Shown in pieces: positions 26,227 to 37,155 of a stretch of 58,371 nucleotides of DNA; position 1 is the stretch's first letter; the number at the start of each line of letters is the position of its first letter. The stretch lies in assembly GCA_004022145.1 (NCBI GenBank), contig RCNU01000005.1; one strand, written 5' to 3'. The DNA is from Paecilomyces variotii. Its lineage: Eukaryota. The translations under genes were made by a program, and so were the position numbers. The notes beneath the pieces were generated by a model. That model ran no database searches. It had not been told where the DNA came from and saw only the letters and a program-made list of their open reading frames with translations.

Positions 26227-26814
26227 ATGTTGATCAAGTGAGTGCGCGCGTTTTCCTTGCTCGTCTGTCCCCGTCAAGCGTTGGGAGAGTTGCCTGCGGT
26301 GCAGCAGCATCTACCACTATTCCGCAGACTTTATAGGAAATTGCTAACGCTTTTATCTCTTCCTTCTAGAGTTCGCACCCTTACTGGAAAGGAAATCGAG
26401 CTCGATATCGAGCCTGACTACAAGGTACTTACCCACCGCGACCTCCGCTTGCTCGGATTACGGAAAGCGAACCACATCTCCTATATGGCGCCCTACAAAG
26501 CTCAACTCATATTATATCGGGAATTACGAAATACTCATACTAATCGACCCAGGTTTCTCGCATAAAGGAGCGTGTCGAAGAGAAGGAAGGCATTCCTCCC
26601 GTCCAGCAGCGTCTGATCTTTGGTGGAAAGCAGATGTAAGCGAACACCCCAGCACAGGAATAGTAACACCAGCGTTGGATGTGAGGGTTAGGACTTTACT
26701 GACGTGACGGCATAATGGTATAGGGCGGACGACAAGACTGCCGCTGAATACAACCTTGAAGGAGGCGCGACGTTACATCTGGTTCTTGCCCTCCGTGGAG
26801 GTGCTTCTCTGTGA
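26227..26814 (+). CDS. NEDD8: Ubiquitin-like protein NEDD8/Rub1 precursor
   Basis: Exons 26227-26237, 26370-26424, 26553-26635 and 26724-26814 give [19 protein letters not shown]...[13 protein letters not shown], with the NEDD8-diagnostic Ala72 and a di-Gly followed by a 3-aa propeptide. Confidence 0.97.
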
Positions 26815-27541
26815 TTGGAATAGTCGACAAGCGGAACCGAATCTGAATGTGAAGTTATAAGCAAATATCGCAGTAGGAACATGCGAGACCCTGGTTCTAG
26901 GAAGACAGGTCGCAATGAGGCCTGGGTTACTAAGAGGTAGATATGGTGGAATACACGGCGACGGACTCATGTCAGATCTGTGTCAGTTCCAAGCCGTACA
27001 TATCTGCTTATTGCGATGCTACACGGGTAGGCTTGTGGCACGGCTAGGGGGCTGCCATTAACTTTATGTATTACCTGAATACCATTGATGCTATTAATTA
27101 CAAGAGTTCAAGAGATCCATGAGGTTTAGATTCTCCATTGCTGAAATATCGTCGTCATGCATCTTCTGTGCTGAAGAGTAACCGTAATAAACCCGCAGGA
27201 CAATCCCTCAAGCTGATGAAACAAAAACTAAAACAATCGTGACGCGTAAAATACACGAGCCGTCCCTCACCCAGAGCGCCATAGAAGAATTTCGAAGTAA
27301 AATGCTCAAACCCTTGATCATTTCCATAATCGACAACGTAAAAGACCACCAATGAATGCACCATCGCTCCCGGGATATCGTGAAACCCGACAATAGCTCT
27401 GCGCCGCAACCAATGCTTGAGCAAACCGACAGTTTGGATGAGAATCCCGCCTTGCAAATCAACATGGAAGAAAACCGTACGCCGTCCACTCGTTTCGTGT
27501 CGAATTAGAATAAGGAAATGTGCACTCGGGTGTGCTGCACC

Positions 27542-29039
27542 CTAAGCAACCCTCTTCCGTTTAGGCTGGATGAAGATGCTCGGGGCAGGCCGTTTCTTGA
27601 TAATCATAGGGCGAGCCTGTGGAGAAGTGGAGCTGTCCCCTATGTCACTGTCTGCGTTGCCTTCGAGAGGTCGTTTGAACCGGCGCTCTGGAGACGGACT
27701 AGCTGAGGTCCTGTAAGGGCCCATTGTCGTCGGAGAAAATGATCCCGCACGCTTCCGTGCCGACTTCTTCGTCTCAGGTGAGGGCGTGGAAGTGGTAGCA
27801 GAGGCGGGTGGAGAGGCGGCAGCCGGCGCAGAATCTGCCGGTTCGGAGAACGAAGGCTGCTCGATGGACCTGAATTTAGATGAAGAGGACGGTGCAAACA
27901 GAACTGGTTTCGCGGTCTCAGTAGGAGACGAAGCGTTGCCAGGATTGGAGGTCGGAGAAGTTGCGAACAACGTAGGTGTCTCGATAGACGGTCTGATTGT
28001 CGACTTAGACGAGGTGACTGGCTTCGGAGGTGTCTCTGCGGCAGGCACACCCGTCTTCTTCGAGGTGAGAGCTCTAAGTCTCGCTTCTCTCTCCCGCAGC
28101 AATGGATCCGAACTTGAAGGACCAGGGGGACCTGGCCTTGCCGTGGCAAAGGAAGTAGTTGGCTTAGACACAGTAGAGACAGGAGTGCTGATGTGTCCGA
28201 CGACCCGTGATGGCGCAGGTTGCTTGTGTTGCTCCACGAGCGAGCGAGGGGCCTGCTTGATTTGGGAGGCTCTATTTTTCAGGTGATGGGTCGGAATTGC
28301 CAAATTACTCTTTCTCTTGACAGGAGCGAATATGCCCGCTGGTTTCACTCTCTTGGTCTCCCGAGGAATATCTGGCCTTTCATAGGTCCACCTGGGAGCC
28401 GACAGCGGATCCATGCATGGCTTTCCAACAGTCGAGACGAAAACAGGAGCGATGCCGCCCATCTTCCGATCATACATTGCGTACTTCTGTGCCTCCGTGG
28501 GCCGCTCCTTGGGGAGACGGACTGATCTGTCATTAACGAACTTGGCGCCTTGCTCAGCACGCTGCGCATTGATCCGCTGAAGGGCCATATGCATCGCTTC
28601 TGCATCCTTGTCCACTTCTCTCGCGACTTGTTCCTGCAGGTCGCAATAAACGTCGTACCAGCAGTCGGACTCCTCCGGTAACTCGAATTGCTCCCAAGAG
28701 GGGATATCTCGTTTGATGAATTCCATCCAAAGCTCTTTGTCGTCCTTCATAATATGAGGCGATTGTAGTTCGATCGATCTCTGTGTGATATAGCGTTAGC
28801 TGCAAAACTCACACTTGCACATGGGGGAACTTGACACTTCAGCTTACCAGCTGTTGAGGACTTTCGACTTTAAGGAGGAAGGGTCTTGCGAGAGGATAAG
28901 GAAGCTCGCCAATATCCTTAAGATCTAGCAACCACGTTAGAATTGCATGAAAAGCCCGGGGCGTGGGCAGTTACTACTTACATCTGACGCTCCTTATCGC
29001 GGTCTTCGTGCACAGCTGTAAGAGCGATTGCGGCGCCAT
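27542..29039 (-). CDS. ELA1: Elongin A (RNA polymerase II transcription factor SIII subunit A)
   Basis: Spliced N-terminus MAPQSLLQLCTKTA (BC-box-like), DIGELPY..PQQLRSIE..ELW..FIKRD..WYDVY, followed by a low-complexity S/P/T tail; two short introns upstream of ORF 27542..28750. Confidence 0.85.
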
Positions 29040-29587
29040 CGTGGTGGTTGTAAGACACTCGACAGCCGGAGAGAGGATGGCATGTAGAATTTTGTGTGAG
29101 ACAGAATAAATCGAGGGGGGAGATCGCGTAATATCTATAAAGAAAAAGAAGAAGGCTGGCTGATATGCAAAGATCTAGTGAATGTCGTCAATTGAAACAA
29201 GACAATAACGGGCATAGAGTAAGTAGTGCATTCGCAGGCGCTACAGTGGCCGCAGTGACGCCGAGAGGGGCGGCTGCCTGTGTGGCCCTAGTCCGTTTAC
29301 GGATGTCACGTGTAACGCTCAGCTTTCACTTGATATATGATGATGATTATTACTATTATTATTATTGCATCTAGATAGCAAATATTCGCAATATTCAAAT
29401 CGATTCCCTTTCCGCTCTAGATCTGGAATTATACCACCCTGTGGCAGCGTCCCTCATGGACTGCATACAGATAAAAAGGGGTGCAGCAGTCTGGAATATC
29501 AGTCCAAGTTTTGTCGACGAAGAAGATTTGATCGATGATCAATTTAACGCCATCTACTTATGAATTCTTGGCGCTTATAACCCATTT

Positions 29588-29995
29588 TCATGACTTGTCA
29601 AAAGCTCCAAGCAAAACACTCCCTAGGACCCCTGCAATTGGTACAAAAACCCAATGATTCAAGAAATTCAGGCCATTTGCGCGGGCGATCATCCCATCCC
29701 CGAATGCCACCCCACCGCTAGCGAAGAGGATCCAACCGAGTGTCTTACTGGTACCAAAATAAGACGCAGCATAAATGGCCGAAGCCATGAAGAGATCGCG
29801 CACACCAACCATGGACATCAAGGCGTTCGAAAGTCTCTGGTCTGCGCTCGAAGGGAGAGAGTGGAATTCGAGAAGCGCGAGTCCGTCTTGGGGCCGGATG
29901 ATGTCTGTGATACCGAGCCCAAGGCAAACGGTACCAAGGGCACTCGTGATAATGCGAATGCCGCGGGATTGAGAGATGCGGGAGGAGGGGGCCAT
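29588..29995 (-). CDS. Small membrane protein, DUF4267-like
   Basis: 135-aa intronless ORF with about 4 hydrophobic helices and GVRD, AFGDG and NHW motifs. Confidence 0.75.
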   Translation of the reverse strand: MAPSSRISQSRGIRIITSALGTVCLGLGITDIIRPQDGLALLEFHSLPSSADQRLSNALMSMVGVRDLFMASAIYAASYFGTSKTLGWILFASGGVAFGDGMIARANGLNFLNHWVFVPIAGVLGSVLLGAFDKS

Positions 29996-30608
29996 TCTTA
30001 ATCGAGCTTGAAGTGGATATTAGATGTCTAGTAACCGGTTAGTTCATAGAGTGCTCACACAGCCTCACAGGTTCACTGAGGTAGGAATTACACAGCAGAA
30101 TCCAGGGGACCCAGGGACAAAATGAAACCAACGGCAATTCACTGCTTCAATATTATTTGGAAATAGGTTGGACTCGAGTAAGATCAGAAGGTGACTAGAC
30201 AGGAGCAGGTATATAAGCTCTCTGTAGCTAGGGATCGGCATTCAGGCCCCCCGCGCGGTCGTTCGCGGCTGAAGCTGAGCACCACGTGTTTTCCTCGGGT
30301 CGTGGTAGATAAACTTTAGCATCAATGTCTAACTTATGTATAGATTCCTGGAGCGCATATGTGGAGATATTCTGTTCATCAATGGTCTGGCATGCAGAAT
30401 CAGATTGGAGTTATGACTGTGGCCTGAACGAACGATCTGTCGCAATTAGTAGCATCTACATGAAGGAAAAGAAGTTGGTAAATGTCCAAAATAGGGTGAG
30501 TATGTGAGAAAGACAGCGGAAATTATAATATAGCAGTAATTATGTACAGAGCATTCTCACGCGCAGGAACATCATGGATAACTAGGAGCATAATATGAAA
30601 CATTGTTG

Positions 30609-32560
30609 TCAGATAACGGTCTCCACATGTTCGGATTCTGCCTTTGCAATAGAGCTACTCTGATGCATAAACTCTATTGTCACCTATTAGTACGAGGTCC
30701 TTCTTCATCATGCGAGAAACGCAGTTTTGTGCAACTTACGGTCGACTTTTGTTGACTTGAACTTTCTGGCTGGGATCCGATTCTCAAAGAGCAGATCAAT
30801 CTCACCAAAAGATCGGTCTTTTGTCTCTGGTAAGCGGAACCAGCACCAGATGTTGCAGAGAAGGTTGGTGCCGGCATAGAAGAGGGCAGCTTTTGCGCCC
30901 CAATTCCACGCTATGTGAAACATAAACCTCAGTCTGTATCTATGAACTGCTCCATTAGGTATTTTAAGGAAGAGACTTACATGTTGCGGACAGCATTCGG
31001 GGGGTAATGCAGTTCTGGAATATCTGGGTGAGGTTGTACACAAACCTCCCGATGACGATCGTCTTATACCTCAGTCTTCCGGAGGGCGTCTCTGCTACAA
31101 TTGGGTAACAAGTGGGACCGATAGCAATCATGTTGATAAGGGTTGAAATGACTAGCAAGATCCCAATAGCCATTTCAACGTTCTTCCCACTGGCCCATCC
31201 AAGACCACCTATGGTCACGAGACAGAAGAACATGCATGTCAAGCCTGTCATGTAGATCGTCGCTCTCCCAAAGTGAGGGAAGAGAAACCAGCAAATGATG
31301 CCACCGACAATGTAGCAAGCGGAAAGGGAGATGTTGACATCGAATGCTTGGATTTCGCTGAAACCGGCGGCTTCAAGAAAGACGACTGAATAAGCGAGGA
31401 TAGCATTGCCGCAGAGAATTTGAGCTGCCCAAACGACGCAATTCTGGCGAAAAAGAGGTAGATCAGGGAGTGTTCTTGTTCCTTCCAAGGAAAGTAATCA
31501 GCGCACTTACAATTTCTGTCCGTCTGAGATTGGTTCCACGGAAGCAATCCAGGAAACTCGCCCCCGCTGTTTCCGAATCTTCTAATTCTGTGGTGTATCT
31601 TATATAGGCGAGAGTAGAATCCACAATGTGTTCCTTGTCGGGTGTGTCCTGATACAGCTGCATCAAGCTCTTCCTCGCCATATCGATCTTACCCCTCCTG
31701 ACTGCGTTCCAGGGCGACTCAGGGGCAAAGTAAGCCGCTATGGCTAGTGGCACAGGCCAGATCCATTGGAGGATAAAAGGAAGTCTCCATCCCATATCGC
31801 TTTGGATCCCTGCTACTGCCTGAACAACGCCAGATGAGAGAAGGATACCTGCACCCCAGCACATACAAACGTAAGCAGTAAGGTACGGTCTAAGTATGGT
31901 GGGAACGACTTCGGACGCATAGGCGGTGGAGAGTGTCTAAGCAAGTTAGCCAGATGCTTCACGACGTTTAATTGGTATATCAACCTGAAAGACACCCCAC
32001 GATACGCCGCATAGTGCTTCTCCAAAAGCAAAGACCGACAAAGACGGTGCAAAGACCGGTATAAAAATCACCAGTGCCATCCAGGTCATAAACAGCATCA
32101 TTGTTATCCGGCAACCAAATCGATCCTGACTGTATGCGTTGACCAAGAGCCCTGCAAGCTGGCCCACAAGTGACGAATTTGACAGGCCCGACTGCCAGGC
32201 GGCGGTGATATACTTTTGACCAGTAGCAGGATCAAGAACCCCAAATCGCTCTTTGAATTGTGTCTGGCCGAAAAATGAAGTAATCTGAAGAAATTATCAT
32301 CAGTATGACTGGCAGTGGCTCCATGGAAGAATTTGGAAATTGGTACTGACCATGACCAAATCGTATCCTTCCATGATTATACTGGTGGACAACAACATAG
32401 CCCAGAATACGGCCTTTTTGTATTTCTTTAAGGCTTGAAACACTGTCAATTGCCTGTCTGCCGCATCGCTTTCCTGTGCCCGCTGCATGAGTTCAGCAGC
32501 GCCGGGGTTGTTCAATTTGAAGCCCTTACGGCTCTCAGGAGGGACGGCCGTCTCAGCCAT
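30609..32560 (-). CDS. MFS sugar porter (maltose/alpha-glucoside permease-like), multi-exon
   Basis: IMEGYD, DRFGCR, WRLPFILQW, APESPW, LRRTEI, AETPSGRLR and RLPETKDR motifs across exon ORFs; last exon ends with TGA at 30609-30611. Confidence 0.93.
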
Positions 32561-33167
32561 TATAGCTATAGCACAAATACCACCGATGAGGCATCAAGAC
32601 ACGAAAGCTTTCGTTGAAACAATAGCTAATACCAGCTATGTAGAATAATCTTGCGTAAAAAACAAACGTCCTCGATGAAGACAGGGATCGCAATAAATAG
32701 TCGGTAGAGGGCCAAATAAACACTGGATCACGCATGACTAGCATGGCTGAAATCTATATGTTTCCGGCCAGTTTTAAGTTCACTGGGCGATTGTTTGCTC
32801 ATTGGCCCGTTTAGTGTTGGTTCGTAACATGAGGGCGTCTTGTCTTCCCCAGACAGTCATTCCCAATAAAGTCTCATATATTAGGACCATGTCAATCACC
32901 ATAAAGGCTGCCATGGACCATGTGGACTCAGGAAAGAACAAGATGCCCTGGGGAAAATTCATCTTCTACGTTATACGGGCGCAGTGGCCAGGATCAGGCT
33001 CCCAGCTCTTTGCACACAGGAGGAAGAGCGCTCCAGGTAGGCGTTCCCATCACAGCCTTGTCACTAAATTCTCTCATCTGATGTTGAAACATGGACGGAT
33101 ATTGAGAAGCCCGTAAGATAGCCGTAGTATACAAACAAGATGCGGGCTCGGTATCAAAATGACGAAT

Positions 33168-33587
33168 CCGGGGCCCCGCAAACTCGGCTCCAGACCGAGG
33201 GCATGGAGCTTGCGGGGAAACAGCTAATGCCCAGCAACACGAGCCTCTTTGGATCCTCGGGGAGAGATTGGTGGGAGAAATAGGTGTGAGTCTTCTCCCC
33301 GTACCTTCGGACCTCCCAATGATGAGAAATATTGACTGTAAGATTGCAACAGATCTCAACCTATTTTACCGAAATCTTCCCGAGGAAATGGGGCACTCGG
33401 TTAATTATGTTATTGCTTCTATAACGGTGTGGGCATTGGAGCCATTCACAGATCCTTGGTTGATTGTTGAGAGACGTTCAACCCGAACAAGGCAGGTGAT
33501 CGGGATAATCATTCTGTCAGTCCATCTGAGCGCAAGAATGAAAGCCGCCCAGAGAGCCAATCATCACTGAACAGCCCCGACGCGGGG
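33168..33587. promoter_or_regulatory. CreA-type SYGGRG sites and CGGGG/CCCCG inverted repeats in the divergent transporter/GH127 promoter
   Basis: CCGGGG 33168-73, palindrome CGGGGCCCCG 33169-78, CTCCAG 33188-93, GCGGGG 33212-17, and CCCCG-ACG-CGGGG 33575-87. Confidence 0.45.
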
Positions 33588-34118
33588 AAGGGCTTGGGTG
33601 TTTCTATGATTATCGGCATTATCATAACATCAAGATAGAGATGGCCTTCCAACCCCAAAGTTTTGCCTCAAACTAGCAGGTGCCCGTGTCTTAACTACCG
33701 AGGCAACATGATGGATCCAAAGGGAAAGAAACTCTAACCTGCAATCCAATTAATGACTACTATTTCCGACAAACCCGACGCGATAACACCAGGAGAAAGG
33801 GATCACTCTTTGTGTGAGGAGGCTTTGATGGCGCTTTCACAGGATGATTTGCTGGTGCCTGGTCATATCGTAGATTGTGAAACCCGCTCCCCGGGATGAC
33901 AATACGTACCAAGGGTGCCCATAATTCAATGCTAGAATCACCATGGGTACCAGACATCGGTCCGTCCGTCTGCTAGTGCATACTGGGTCTCAACCTCTTA
34001 AATACCTAGGTAGGTAGATAGGATTAGAAAATTCCCTCTTACCTACCTATATTCTCATAGTCACGGACTGCGAGGAAAAATTTCTCTGTACTAAGGTTGT
34101 CTTCAACTTTCTGCCATC

Positions 34119-36053
34119 ATGATTTTGCACGACATTCCTATTCGCAATGTCGACATAACGTCTCCTTTTTGGTCTCGAATGCAGCAATGTTCCCGCCAAA
34201 AAACAATCCCGGCCACTGTGAAGGCACAGAAATCGCTGGATCATTGGTACTGCTTAACATGGAAAGAGGGCCACCAGACCAAACCCCATCCATTCTGGGA
34301 TAGTGATATTTACAAGGTCGTAGAGGCCGCATGCTACTTCCTTATAAAGCACCCAGATGATGAGATGATGGCCATGGTAGAGGAGGCGGTGGATATGATT
34401 CGGAACGCTCAGCATCCCGATGGATATATCAACTCGTACTACACAGTCCATGGAATCAATAAGCGGTGGACAAATCTACGCGATATGCATGAATTGTACT
34501 GCTTAGGTCATCTAATCGAGGCTACTGTCGCATACGAGACACTGACCGGAAGTGGGAGGCTGCTGGCGCCAGTATTGAAGGCAATTGAACATGTGGACTC
34601 TGTCTTCGGGCCTGAACCCGGCAAGAAGCGTGGCTACCCTGGACACCAGGAGATCGAAATCGGCCTCCTTCGGCTCTACGAACTCACAGGGAAGCAACTT
34701 TTGTTCAAACTTGCCAAGTACTTCATTCTCGAGCGTGGTCAGACAGATGAGAACAACGAGATCTATTTTGACCTGGAAGCGAAAGCTCGTGGAGGCGATC
34801 CCTATGACCACATGGGGCCGGAGTGCAAAGCCTGGTACAGTGAGCCACGAGATTATGGCTACCACCAAGCGGATTGCCCTCTTGTGAAGGCCAACGAGGT
34901 AAAAGGTCACTCTGTGAGAGCCATGTACTATTATACAGCTGCAACAGATCTGGTGCGACTCGCTGGTGACGAAGCGAAGGATGTCAAAACCGCTCTAGAT
35001 CGACTGTGGAGGGATATGGTTGATCACAAGATCTATGTTACTGGCGGCCTAGGATCAGTGGTCCAATGGGAAGGGTTTGGTGCTCCATATTGCCTTGGGG
35101 ATACCGATCGAGATGGCACATGTTATGCTGAGACGTGCGCAACTTTCGCTCTGATTAACTGGTGCCAGAGAATGCTGCGGCTCAGCCTACACAGTGAATA
35201 CGCTGATATAATGGAGGTCGCCCTCTACAATGGATTCCTAGGTGCTGTTGGTCTCGAGGGAGACTCATTCTACTACCGGAACGTCTTGAGGACTTTCAAC
35301 GGGGAGCCCAAGGACCGTAGTAAATGGTTCGGGGTCGCTTGCTGTCCACCAAACGTGGCTAAACTGCTGGGATCAATAGGGTCGCTGATATATTCTGTGA
35401 ACTCTGAGGAGAATCTCGTCGCCGTGCACTTATATATTGGCAGCGAATGCACAGTTCCCGGTACAAATGTTATCATCTCTCAGAAAACAGACATGCCCTG
35501 GTCTGGGGAAGTCGAGATCGATGTCCGGGGTTCGACAGCCTTGGCCCTTCGCATACCTAGCTGGGCCCAGGAGTTTACTTGTTCGGCTCAAGGCGACGTC
35601 AAGGACGGCTATCTTCACCTTCCCCCACTAGCGGATTCAAAGATCAAGCTCAATTTCCCTATGAAAGCCCGCAGAGTTTACGCCAACCCCCTGACCGGCA
35701 AAGATGAAATTTGCATTATGAGAGGCCCTCTTGTCTACTGTATCGAAGACATCGATAACAGCGACGTTGACGTCGACCATATTGCGTTGGTGGACGCACC
35801 TTTGAAAGAAGGATTGCCCAAGAAGATTGCCTCTGTTGATGATGTCATTCCTATTATTGCTGTAGGGAAACAGCTCGCAAACAAGAAGTGGACCAGCTTG
35901 TACGGATCGATTCCCTGGAGTTATGACTCCAATGTTACTGAGATACACGCCGTTCCGTACTTTTTGCGCGCGAATCGAGGTGGCAAAGGAGGAATGAGGG
36001 TTTGGACGAAGAGGCTGGCTACCTCTCAGGGAGTAGTGAATGGAGATCCCTGA
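34119..36053 (+). CDS. GH127 (DUF1680) beta-L-arabinofuranosidase-like cysteine glycosidase, intronless, 644 aa
   Basis: Motifs DSDIYK, HELY, GHQEIE, GHSVRAMY, EGFG, YAETCA, ACCPPN, RIPSW and RGPLVYC. No N-terminal hydrophobic signal peptide is visible. Confidence 0.93.
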   Translation: MILHDIPIRNVDITSPFWSRMQQCSRQKTIPATVKAQKSLDHWYCLTWKEGHQTKPHPFWDSDIYKVVEAACYFLIKHPDDEMMAMVEEAVDMIRNAQHPDGYINSYYTVHGINKRWTNLRDMHELYCLGHLIEATVAYETLTGSGRLLAPVLKAIEHVDSVFGPEPGKKRGYPGHQEIEIGLLRLYELTGKQLLFKLAKYFILERGQTDENNEIYFDLEAKARGGDPYDHMGPECKAWYSEPRDYGYHQADCPLVKANEVKGHSVRAMYYYTAATDLVRLAGDEAKDVKTALDRLWRDMVDHKIYVTGGLGSVVQWEGFGAPYCLGDTDRDGTCYAETCATFALINWCQRMLRLSLHSEYADIMEVALYNGFLGAVGLEGDSFYYRNVLRTFNGEPKDRSKWFGVACCPPNVAKLLGSIGSLIYSVNSEENLVAVHLYIGSECTVPGTNVIISQKTDMPWSGEVEIDVRGSTALALRIPSWAQEFTCSAQGDVKDGYLHLPPLADSKIKLNFPMKARRVYANPLTGKDEICIMRGPLVYCIEDIDNSDVDVDHIALVDAPLKEGLPKKIASVDDVIPIIAVGKQLANKKWTSLYGSIPWSYDSNVTEIHAVPYFLRANRGGKGGMRVWTKRLATSQGVVNGDP

Positions 36054-36937
36054 ACATCGGCTAGACTTCGATTAGATGATAATGTTTGGAATCCCAGGCT
36101 TTCGCTCAGAAAATTACATTCTATCTATGCAGAACTTGAGTCGATTTGCGATCTTGTCTGAACGTTGATGCTTTAGTACAAAGGACATGGAAATGATAAT
36201 AAATAAATGATTGTAGAAATGAGAGCCCTAATGTGGCATCTCCTCTTGCAACTTCCTATATATAGGAACTAATATGCTAGTAGACATGTGACCGAATTCC
36301 ACCTTTGAGATTGTAGCTAATATGACCCGACCAAAAACGGTTATGAAATTGTCACAGATTTTCTCAATGGCCCACGACTGACGAAGAAAAGCAAGGAAAT
36401 CTGGCCCTCATTCTCATATTGCATGTCAGCATCGATGAACCGGTTCCATCCTCAGGAGACTGGAATCGGTGCACTGGCGCTTTTATCATAAATGAACCAT
36501 GAACGAATATCATGGAGTAGAAGCCGAGCTTTTTTGATATGCCATGTAGAGAGTCTCTCCGGGCGAAGACATTCCAGAAAAGGAAAACTGAAGCCAATGG
36601 GGGGAAACGAGCCCCCTTTTCTGGTTATTGATCAAAAATATGACAACAGTCAGAAAATCTAAGTTTCAACAGTTAGTATAGGAAATCTTTGGAAGTAATC
36701 ACCGGCGGATGGCCCTGCTGTGTCATTTGCATTCCGATCTCATATGGTGGACTGGTAAACGGAAGCCGCGCCTCGAGCTTGATGATGAAAGGTGACTATA
36801 TAACTATGTTTCCGAGATAACTAGGTATGCTCCATAGATGATCATTTTGGGAGTGGCATTCCCCTCACTAGGGTCTATTGTTGTGCGATTAAATGATGTA
36901 GTTATGCTATTGTGTATTGGTCACATGATGTATAGTT

Positions 36938-36953
36938 TGCGGAGCTCTCCGCA
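36938..36953. promoter_or_regulatory. Inverted repeat TGCGGAG-CT-CTCCGCA (CGG-N6-CCG), candidate Zn2Cys6 or paired CreA site
   Basis: Perfect 7-bp arms with a 2-nt spacer, about 200 bp upstream of the TF ATG at 37156. Confidence 0.4.
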
Positions 36954-37155
36954 CTTTTTGCGCCCCATGCGATTCCCTCCCGATTCTCCAAAGAACTAAA
37001 AACCTCTAGGAAAGAATAATTTTGAGCCTCAGTTATCTGTCAATCAAGGAAAGTTGATTATCTCAACTGGTCCTCGTGCTGAGTGGATTCTGGAGAGGCT
37101 AGCGGATCATACAAGAACGACACCACGCAGTCCACTCTTCAAGCTAGCTGTAATA

